A stretch of DNA of 64,000 bases, from assembly GCA_022843925.1 (NCBI GenBank), contig JALHMS010000003.1:58440-122439 (forward strand). Direction: 5' to 3'. The DNA comes from Burkholderiales bacterium. GTDB taxonomy: Bacteria > Pseudomonadota > Gammaproteobacteria > Burkholderiales > Ga0077523. The notes under the pieces were generated by a model. That model worked only from the letters and a program-made list of their open reading frames with translations. It ran no database searches and was not told the origin of the DNA. Of the stretch, positions 53,768 through 64,000 are shown piece after piece; within the stretch, counting starts at the first letter, position 1; each line of letters opens with the position of its first letter. The position numbers and the translations under genes were made by a program.

Positions 53768-55342
53768 ATGACCGCACCTGACCGAAGCGTGGCCGACGAT
53801 CTGCGCACGCAGCCGCTGCTGACGGCGCTCCTCGTCGTTGCCGTGGCGTTCGCGTTCTTCGTGGGGCTCGGCGCGGTGCCGCTCTTCGATCTCGACGAAG
53901 GGGCCTTCACCGAAGCCACGCGCGAGATGCTGCTCCGGGGCGACTACATCTCGACGTTCCTGAACGGTCAGCCGCGCTACGACAAGCCGGTGCTCATCTA
54001 CTGGCTCCAGGCCGTGTCGGTGCTGGCCATCGGCGAAAACGAGTTCGCGTTCCGACTGCCTTCCGCGATCTGCGCGACCGTCTGGGTCACGATCATCTTC
54101 CTGTTCGTGCGTCGCCTGCGAGGCGTCGAGGCGGGTCTGTTGGCCGCGGGATTCACGGCGACGGCTGCAGGCGTCATGGTGATCGGCCGTGCCGCGATCG
54201 CCGACGCGCTGCTCAACATGCTGATCGCCGCCGCGGCCACGTCGGCATTCCTCTACCTGAAGGAGCGGGATCGCCGCTGGCTCGATGCCGCCTTCGTCTC
54301 GATCGGCTTCGGGTTGCTCGCGAAGGGTCCGGTCGCGGTGCTGGTCCCGCTCGCGGCCACCTTCCTGTACAGCGTGTCGAAGCGGGATGTGCGCACCTGG
54401 TTGGGCGCCGTGTTCGACGTGCGCGGCATCGCGCTCATGCTCGCGATCGCGGCACCGTGGTACGTGGCGCAGTATCTGAAGGAGGGCGACGCCTTCGTGC
54501 AGGGCTTCCTCATGAAGCACAACGTCGAGCGCTTCAGCGCCCCGATGCACGGATTCGACGGCAGCTTTCTCTTCTACGTGCCGTGGCTCTTCGCTGCGAC
54601 GCTCCCGCACCTCGCGCCGCTCGTGAACGCACTGCGCAGCGTGCGGCTGATCTGGGCGGACGACGTGCAGCGCTTCTGCCTGCTCTGGTTCGGATTCGTG
54701 TTCGTGTTCTTCTCGCTGTCGGGCACCAAGCTGCCCCACTACGTGTTCTACGGTTACAGCGGTCTCTTCGTGATCATGGCACTGCAGGTCGGACGTCTGC
54801 ACCGCCACGCTATAGCGCTCGCGCCGGCGGCGGTCATCTTCGCGGCGATGGCGGCCCTGCCGTTCGCGCTGGAGCAGGCACTACCCGGCATCCGCGATCC
54901 CTACTATCGCGAAGCGTTGCTCGACGTGCGGGCGCAGTTCGGCCCCGCGTACTACGCAGTCACCGCCCTGCTCGTCGCGGGCACCATCGGCCTCATGGCG
55001 TGGCGACGGGCGACGCTCCCGGTGAAACTGCTTGCGACCGGGATCGGGATGGCGACGATGCTCGGAGTGTTCATCCTGCCCATTGCCGGCGACGTGCAGC
55101 AGCGGCCGATCAAGGAGGCAGCGCTCCTCGCGAAGGCCCGCGGTTACGATGTGGTGATGTGGGGCCTCAACACGCCGAGCTTCATCGTCTACTCGGGCCG
55201 CCTCGCGCCGCGGCGTGATCCGCTGCCGGGCGAGATCGCGCTCACGAAGACGAAACGGCTCGCGGACCTGCCGGATCACGAGGTGCTCTACCGCAAGCGC
55301 GGCATCGCCCTGATCCGCCTCGGCGGCGGCAGCCGGCCCTGA
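53768..55342 (+). CDS. ArnT-like GT-C glycosyltransferase (GT83/GT39, PMT_2 type)
   Basis: 524-aa polytopic ORF. The first periplasmic loop PLFDLDEGAFTEATREMLLRGDYISTFLNGQPRYDKPVLIYWLQ parallels the ArnT DExRYAE(I)SREM...EKP motif. Confidence 0.85.
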   Translation: MTAPDRSVADDLRTQPLLTALLVVAVAFAFFVGLGAVPLFDLDEGAFTEATREMLLRGDYISTFLNGQPRYDKPVLIYWLQAVSVLAIGENEFAFRLPSAICATVWVTIIFLFVRRLRGVEAGLLAAGFTATAAGVMVIGRAAIADALLNMLIAAAATSAFLYLKERDRRWLDAAFVSIGFGLLAKGPVAVLVPLAATFLYSVSKRDVRTWLGAVFDVRGIALMLAIAAPWYVAQYLKEGDAFVQGFLMKHNVERFSAPMHGFDGSFLFYVPWLFAATLPHLAPLVNALRSVRLIWADDVQRFCLLWFGFVFVFFSLSGTKLPHYVFYGYSGLFVIMALQVGRLHRHAIALAPAAVIFAAMAALPFALEQALPGIRDPYYREALLDVRAQFGPAYYAVTALLVAGTIGLMAWRRATLPVKLLATGIGMATMLGVFILPIAGDVQQRPIKEAALLAKARGYDVVMWGLNTPSFIVYSGRLAPRRDPLPGEIALTKTKRLADLPDHEVLYRKRGIALIRLGGGSRP

Positions 55343-56127
55343 TGCCAGCGCCCACCGGCATCGAACGCTCGGCCTGGTGGGTCCCGCTGGCGGGGACCCT
55401 CGCGCTGCTGGTCGTGGCGGCGACCGATGGCAACCTCGCGGTGTTCCAGTTCCTCAACCGGGTGAGCCAGCTCACCGGCCCCATGCCATGGCCGTACATC
55501 ACGATCCTGGGTGACACGGCCGTCGCCATCGCGCTCTTTCTGCCCCTCGCGACACGTCGGTCCGAGGTGCTCTGGGCGCTGGCGATCGCAGCCGTGCTCG
55601 GTACGCTGTTCGTGCACGGACTCAAGCCCGTATTGAGCTTTCCTCGCCCGCCCGCGGTGCTGGCCGCGGACACGATCACGGTGATCGGACCGGCGTACCG
55701 TGGGAACTCGTTTCCTTCCGGGCACACGACCACGATCTTCCTCGCCGCGGGCCTCGTGTGGCTGCACTTCCGCTCGATGCCCCTGCGGACCGTCGCCGTC
55801 GGCCTTGCCGTGGTCGTCGGACTTTCGCGGGCCGTGGTCGGCGTGCACTGGCCCATGGACATCGCGGCAGGTGCTGCAGGCGGCTGGACCTGTGCGATTC
55901 TCGGCACCGCGCTCGCCCGCCGCTGGGCCGCGACCGGTCGCAGGCGGTCCACGCAGGCACTGCTGCAGGTGCTAGGCGCCACGTGCGGTCTGATCCTCCT
56001 CATCGGATCGGGAACCGGCTATCCGCAGGCGGTTGCGCTGCAGTACGCAGCGGGCATCATCGGCATGGCGGTTCCCGCCTGGATGGCGCTCGGCGACATT
56101 CACAAGCGTCGAAGAAAGGACGAATGA
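55342..56127 (+). CDS. PAP2-superfamily phosphatase
   Basis: 261-aa membrane ORF whose ATG shares one base with the preceding TGA. All three PAP2 motifs are present: LKPVLSFPRPP (KxxxxxxRP), FPSGHTT (PSGH) and SRAVVGVHWPMD (SRxxxxxHxxxD). Confidence 0.88.
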   Translation: MPAPTGIERSAWWVPLAGTLALLVVAATDGNLAVFQFLNRVSQLTGPMPWPYITILGDTAVAIALFLPLATRRSEVLWALAIAAVLGTLFVHGLKPVLSFPRPPAVLAADTITVIGPAYRGNSFPSGHTTTIFLAAGLVWLHFRSMPLRTVAVGLAVVVGLSRAVVGVHWPMDIAAGAAGGWTCAILGTALARRWAATGRRRSTQALLQVLGATCGLILLIGSGTGYPQAVALQYAAGIIGMAVPAWMALGDIHKRRRKDE

Positions 56128-56714
56128 CCATGGCACAGGACAGCTCCCTTCCCGATTTCTGGGACACGCGCTACGACAGCCACGTGATGCCCTGGGACGC
56201 AGGCGGTGTCCCGGCGCGGTTGGCCGCGCATGCGGACGCGCTGCGGCCCGGCAGCCGGATCCTCGTGCCGGGTTGCGGCACGGGCTACGAGGCCTGCTTC
56301 CTCGCATCGCGGGGATTCGACGTGCTGGCGATCGATTTCAGCGCACCGGCGGTGGCGCTGGCGAAGTCGCGAGCGGGACCGTTCGCACACTGTTTCGTCG
56401 AAGCCGACTTCTTCGCGTTCGACGCGGGCGCGGGATTCGACGTGGTCTACGAGCGCGCGTTCCTGTGCGCGCTGCCTCGCCGGATGGAGGACGACTACGC
56501 GGTGCGGATGTCGCGGTTGATCGTTCCAGGCGGGACGCTCGTAGGCTACTGGTTCTTCGACGACAACCTGCGCGGACCGCCCTTCGGCATGACCGGCGAA
56601 CGCCTCGAGGCGCTGCTGTCACCGGCGTTCCAGCGGGAATCGGACGAACCCGTGGAGGACTCCCTGCCCGTCTTCGCCGGCAAGGAACGCTGGCAACTCT
56701 GGCGTCGACGCTGA
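56124..56714 (+). CDS. SAM-dependent methyltransferase, thiopurine-S-methyltransferase-like
   Basis: The track ORF starts at 55758; the ATG at 56124 overlaps the PAP2 stop (ATGA). The 196-aa product has FWDTRYDSHVMPWD and motif I ILVPGCGTGYEACFLASRGFDVLAIDFS. Confidence 0.8.
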   Translation: MTMAQDSSLPDFWDTRYDSHVMPWDAGGVPARLAAHADALRPGSRILVPGCGTGYEACFLASRGFDVLAIDFSAPAVALAKSRAGPFAHCFVEADFFAFDAGAGFDVVYERAFLCALPRRMEDDYAVRMSRLIVPGGTLVGYWFFDDNLRGPPFGMTGERLEALLSPAFQRESDEPVEDSLPVFAGKERWQLWRRR

Positions 56715-56769
56715 GCGCCCGCGGGGACGAGGCGGGCTGCATCCACCCGCGCGCCCCGTCGATGGCGGG

Positions 56770-58407
56770 TCAGTGGAAGAGCACCCACGCCTTCTGCAGC
56801 GTGTTCCATACGCCCCATGCGAGCGGCACGGCCACCAGCACCCAGAACCCACCCACCACCACCGGATTGCTTCGCGTCCCCGCCGCGCTCATGCCACCGT
56901 TCGCCGAGACCGCGTCCGCCTGCGCCTTGTCGTGCGCCAGCTTGCGTTCGGCAGCCAGTTCCTCGTCGGTCATGAACCACTTCGCTGCGACCGGCCGCAC
57001 CAGCAGGTTGCAGACGAAACCGCCGATCAGCAGCGCCGCCAGGATGTACATCGTGGTGTCGTAGGCCTCGCTCTTCGGCACGCCGGACTTGATCTGGGCA
57101 TCGTTGATGTAGTTCACGAGCAGCGGTCCGACGATGCCGGCCACCGACCAGGCCGTGAGCAGCCGGCCGTGGATGGCACCTACCATCTGCGTACCGAACA
57201 TGTCGGCGAGATACGCGGGAATGGTGGCGAATCCGCCGCCGTACATCGTGAGGATGATGCAGAAGATCCCCACGAAGAGCGCGACGCTGCCGGTGTGGCC
57301 GGCCGACGGTGCGTACGCGTACAGCACGAATCCCAGAACGAAGAACACGAAGTAGGTGATCTTCCGGCCGATGAAGTCGGACAGCGAGGCCCACAGGAAA
57401 CGACCACCGATGTTGAAGAGCGACAGCAGCCCCGTGAACCCTGCGGCGATCGCGGCGACCTGACCCAGCTGGTCCTTGTCGAGCTGGTCGAATTTCACAT
57501 CCAGGCCCACGAGCCGGCCACCGAAGATCTCCTGCAGCATCGGCGACGCCATGCCGATCACGCCGATGCCCGCAGAGACGTTGAGGCACAGGATCCCCCA
57601 GAGCAGCCAGAACTGCGGCGTGCGCGAAGCCTTCGAGAGATGCACGTGCTTCGTGGTGATCATCGTGTTCGCACCCTGCGTGGTGGGCGGGATCCAACCC
57701 TCGGGCTTCCAGCCCGTGGGCGGCACGCGATACGTGAGCGCGCCGATCATCATGAACACGAAGTAGATCGCCGCCATCGCGAGGAACGTCTCCCACACGC
57801 CGACCGAAGTCGGCGTCGCGAAGGTCTTCATCAACCGGTCCGCCAGCGGCGATCCGATCATGGCGCCGCCGCCGAAACCCATGATCGCCATGCCGGTCGC
57901 CATGCCGCGTCGATCGGGGAACCACTTGATGAGCGTAGACACCGGTGAGATGTAGCCGAGCCCGAGCCCGACACCTCCGATGACACCGGACCCGAGCCAC
58001 ATCATCCAGAGCTGGTGTGTGTAGACACCGACGGCGGACATCACGAGACCACCACACCAGCAAAGCGCGGAAACGACACCAGCCTTGCGCGGACCGGCGT
58101 GCTCCAGCCATCCGCCGAACAGGGCGGCACTGGAACCCAGAAAGACGAAGAAGAGCGTGTACATCCAGCCGAGCATCGGCTTGTCCCAATCGCACACGGT
58201 GGTGAAGAGCTTGTCGATCCACGACATGTCGGACGGGCACGCGACGGGCGCCGAGATCCCGATGGCCTTCGTCAGCGGCAGCCAGAACACCGAGAAGCCG
58301 TAGGCCATGCCAATGCACAGGTGGATGCATAGCGCGGCCGGCGGCACCAGCCAGCGGCTGAAGCCCGGCCGGGCAATGATCCTTTCCTTGTCGAGAAAAC
58401 CGCTCAT
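56770..58407 (-). CDS. MFS transporter, oxalate/formate antiporter (OFA) family
   Basis: The internal ATG at 58407 gives 545 aa starting MSGFLDKERIIARPGFSRWLVPPAALCIHLCIGMAYGFSVFWLPL. It is polytopic, with an extra C-terminal helix (VVGGFWVLVAVPLAWGVWNTL). Confidence 0.85.
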   Translation of the reverse strand: MSGFLDKERIIARPGFSRWLVPPAALCIHLCIGMAYGFSVFWLPLTKAIGISAPVACPSDMSWIDKLFTTVCDWDKPMLGWMYTLFFVFLGSSAALFGGWLEHAGPRKAGVVSALCWCGGLVMSAVGVYTHQLWMMWLGSGVIGGVGLGLGYISPVSTLIKWFPDRRGMATGMAIMGFGGGAMIGSPLADRLMKTFATPTSVGVWETFLAMAAIYFVFMMIGALTYRVPPTGWKPEGWIPPTTQGANTMITTKHVHLSKASRTPQFWLLWGILCLNVSAGIGVIGMASPMLQEIFGGRLVGLDVKFDQLDKDQLGQVAAIAAGFTGLLSLFNIGGRFLWASLSDFIGRKITYFVFFVLGFVLYAYAPSAGHTGSVALFVGIFCIILTMYGGGFATIPAYLADMFGTQMVGAIHGRLLTAWSVAGIVGPLLVNYINDAQIKSGVPKSEAYDTTMYILAALLIGGFVCNLLVRPVAAKWFMTDEELAAERKLAHDKAQADAVSANGGMSAAGTRSNPVVVGGFWVLVAVPLAWGVWNTLQKAWVLFH

Positions 58408-58699
58408 GTCCCGCCCCCTCAGGCTATGTCTTGTTGGATGTCCCGCTGGCTGTCCGCAGGCGGGACACCGGTGATTTTCTTCATATGCCACCGTTGGTTA
58501 GCCGCGCCCGGGGCGGGGGGATGATACCGGGGAACGCGGGGAGGCAACAGGCGCCGCCGCGCGCTTCCGGAGGGATCGTCGGCCGACCTCGCGAAGCGTC
58601 GTGGACCATCGAGGCATCGACGGATCAGCGCACCGGATGCACCATCCGCCGCATGCCAAACCACCCTCTTTCGAACGCCGTCCGCCGGGAGGCGCCGTG

Positions 58700-59317
58700 A
58701 TGCCGACCGCTTCCCGGGATCCGGTCTCCGGTGTCGTGCTTGCCGGCGGGCTGGGAAGCAGGATGGGAGGCGTTGCGAAGGCGTTGCTGCCGTTGCATGG
58801 GCGACCGATGATCGCCCACGTGGTCGATCGACTCCGCCCCCAGGTGCAGGAGCTGTTCGTCAATGCCAACGCCGACGAGGCGCCGTACGCAGCGTTCGGT
58901 GATCGTGTCGTTCCCGACGAGATCCCTGGTCGTCCGGGACCGCTCGCAGGGCTGCACGCGGGGCTGGTCAACGCCCGGCATCCGTGGCTGCTCGCGGTGC
59001 CATGCGACTCGCCGAACCTGCCGTCGGACCTCGGTGCGCGCCTGATGGAGGCCGCCGGGCGCGCCGGCGCCGAGATCGCCGTCGCGAGCGCGGGAGGACG
59101 AATCCACCCGGTGTTCTGTCTGCTTTCGTCGGCGCTCGCCCAACCCCTGGGGGATCACCTCCTGGGCGGTGGTCGGGCGGTGATGCGATGGTTCGAAACG
59201 CGTCGCTTCGTCGTGGTCGACTTCGAGGACGCGGAGGGATTCGCAAACGTGAACACGCCGACGGATCTTGCGAATCTCGAGGCGGCTTCGCCTGCCGGCA
59301 CGCGCGACGCCGGCTGA
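58700..59317 (+). CDS. mobA: Molybdenum cofactor guanylyltransferase
   Basis: The internal ATG at 58700 gives 205 aa. It has GVVLAGGLGSRMGG, KALLPLHGRPMI and PCDSP, typical of MobA. Confidence 0.85.
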   Translation: MPTASRDPVSGVVLAGGLGSRMGGVAKALLPLHGRPMIAHVVDRLRPQVQELFVNANADEAPYAAFGDRVVPDEIPGRPGPLAGLHAGLVNARHPWLLAVPCDSPNLPSDLGARLMEAAGRAGAEIAVASAGGRIHPVFCLLSSALAQPLGDHLLGGGRAVMRWFETRRFVVVDFEDAEGFANVNTPTDLANLEAASPAGTRDAG

Positions 59318-59373
59318 TCTGGCCAGGGGGGCGGCGGATGACCTCGCGCGGAGGCAAGGCATGACCACGCGAT

Positions 59374-59685
59374 TCAGCGTTGGGGGCGTTCCGGCACGGC
59401 AGCAAGCCGAGGTCCGGACTCCAGTACCTGGAAGAAGACCTCGTCCTGCCGGATCATCCCCAACTCGGCCCGGGCTCTTTCCTCGATGGCGCCGTAGCCC
59501 TGCTTGAGATCGCGCACCTCGGCATCGAGCGCTGCGTTGCGCCGACGCAGACCGTCGTTCACCTCCTGCTGCTCTGCCACATGGCGTTCCAGTTCGTGCA
59601 CGCGCAACCACCCACCCTTGCCGAACCACAGCGGACCCTGCAGGAGCAGGACGACCGCCAGGAGTGCGAGAGTGAGCAGGCGCAT
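59374..59685 (-). CDS. ftsB: Cell division protein FtsB
   Basis: 103-aa ORF with an N-terminal TM helix ([20 protein letters not shown]) and then a coiled coil. It lies immediately downstream of eno, as in many proteobacteria. Confidence 0.85.
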   Translation of the reverse strand: MRLLTLALLAVVLLLQGPLWFGKGGWLRVHELERHVAEQQEVNDGLRRRNAALDAEVRDLKQGYGAIEERARAELGMIRQDEVFFQVLESGPRLAAVPERPQR

Positions 59686-59694
59686 GGAAGCTGG

Positions 59695-60993
<1,299 letters not shown>

Positions 60994-61007
60994 TTAGTCG
61001 GCTGCGA

Positions 61008-61874
61008 TCAGGGGGCAGCCGCGGCGTTGCTGGTGACCAGATCCTCGGCGAAGCCTGCGCGCTTCACGAGGGCATCGAGCGACTTCAGCGTCTCTAGCAG
61101 GACGCGCATGTGATCGAGCGGCCATGCGTTGGGGCCGTCGGACAACGCGCGCGACGGATCGGGGTGGGTTTCCATGAACACGCCGGCGATGCCCGACGCG
61201 ACGGCGGCGCGGGCGAGGACCGGAACGAATTCGCGCTGGCCGCCACTGGCGGTGCCCTGCCCGCCGGGCAACTGGACCGAATGCGTCGCGTCGAAGACCA
61301 CCGGGCAGCCGGTCTCGCGCATCACCATCAGACTGCGCATGTCCGACACGAGGTTGTTGTAGCCGAACGAGAAGCCGCGCTCACACACCATGATGTTGTC
61401 GACGCCGCTCGCTTCGCGGGCCTTCGCGACGACGTTCTTCATCTCCCAGGGAGAGAGGAACTGGCCCTTCTTGATGTTCACCGGCCGCCCGGACGCGGCC
61501 ACGGCCTGGATGAAATCGGTCTGACGGCAGAGGAATGCGGGCGTCTGGAGGATATCGACCGCCGCGGCGACCTCGGCGATCTCGTCGATGCCGTGGATGT
61601 CCGTGAGGACGGGCACCCCGAGGGTGCTGCGCACATCGGAAAGGATCTGCAGTCCCTTCTGCATGCCCAGCCCGCGGAACGACTTCGACGAACTGCGATT
61701 CGCCTTGTCGTACGACGCCTTGAACACGAACGGGATGCCGATCTGCCGCGTCATCTCCGCGAGGCGCCCCGCCGTCTCCATCACGAGTTCGCGAGACTCG
61801 ATGACGCACGGCCCCGCGATGAGGAAGAACTGGCGGTCGATGCCCGCTTCGAAACCGCACAGGTTCATCGCCAT
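61008..61874 (-). CDS. kdsA: 3-deoxy-8-phosphooctulonate synthase
   Basis: 288-aa ORF containing [24 protein letters not shown] and [11 protein letters not shown], typical of KdsA. It sits in pyrG-kdsA-eno synteny. Confidence 0.93.
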   Translation of the reverse strand: MAMNLCGFEAGIDRQFFLIAGPCVIESRELVMETAGRLAEMTRQIGIPFVFKASYDKANRSSSKSFRGLGMQKGLQILSDVRSTLGVPVLTDIHGIDEIAEVAAAVDILQTPAFLCRQTDFIQAVAASGRPVNIKKGQFLSPWEMKNVVAKAREASGVDNIMVCERGFSFGYNNLVSDMRSLMVMRETGCPVVFDATHSVQLPGGQGTASGGQREFVPVLARAAVASGIAGVFMETHPDPSRALSDGPNAWPLDHMRVLLETLKSLDALVKRAGFAEDLVTSNAAAAP

Positions 61875-61877
61875 GGC

Positions 61878-64000
<2,123 letters not shown>

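Noticed and set aside
52697-54808. 703-aa minus-strand ORF across the glycosylation module.
   Set aside because: It is antisense to two polytopic membrane proteins with family motifs. The product is highly charged (Arg/Glu/His/Asp) with no domain.
56546-58330. 594-aa minus-strand ORF overlapping the OFA transporter gene in another frame.
   Set aside because: The alternative frame 56770..58407 gives a coherent 12+ TM MFS protein. This frame gives Arg/His/Gly-rich sequence.

Overview
Visibly GC-rich chromosomal window. Its gene order suggests a Betaproteobacteria-like genome (Burkholderiales or Rhodocyclales type); this is inferred from synteny only and no database was searched. Most of the window is conserved housekeeping: fabD-fabH-plsX-rpmF-yceD, then maf, sppA, and rluC divergent from rne. 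These are followed by uvrB, a complete ccmABCDEFGH cytochrome c maturation operon, mltF, and ftsB-eno-kdsA-pyrG-ppsA. There are two tRNA genes, tRNA-Asn(GUU) and tRNA-Ser(CGA). I call about 65 protein genes. Three are absent from the ORF track: fabD runs off the left edge, and rpmF (59 aa) and ccmD (58 aa) fall below the length cut-off. Many track ORFs are N-terminally over-extended, or are long antisense shadow ORFs typical of GC-rich DNA; I trimmed or rejected these. I saw no CRISPR array, IS element, integrase, rRNA or recognisable DNA-binding regulator. The accessory-looking content worth a second look is: (1) a compact four-gene operon (glutamine-synthetase-like ligase, Rieske oxygenase, SDR, ferredoxin reductase) behind a perfect TGGCAC-N5-TTGC sigma-54-type promoter, a candidate nitrogen-regulated gamma-glutamyl-amine oxidation pathway; (2) a single ORF that appears to fuse a MipA/OmpV-like and a PagL-like outer-membrane domain; (3) a polyprenyl-phosphate-sugar envelope modification module (GT2, UPF0104 membrane protein, ArnT-like GT-C, PAP2, methyltransferase) at the end of a nine-gene run of overlapping genes; (4) an EgtB-like sulfoxide synthase with no adjacent EgtD; (5) a 600-bp non-coding tract holding fragments of the neighbouring tRNA-Ser; (6) a block of poorly characterised genes next to tRNA-Asn. 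None of these is proven novel from sequence alone. All functional calls rest on motif recognition by eye.
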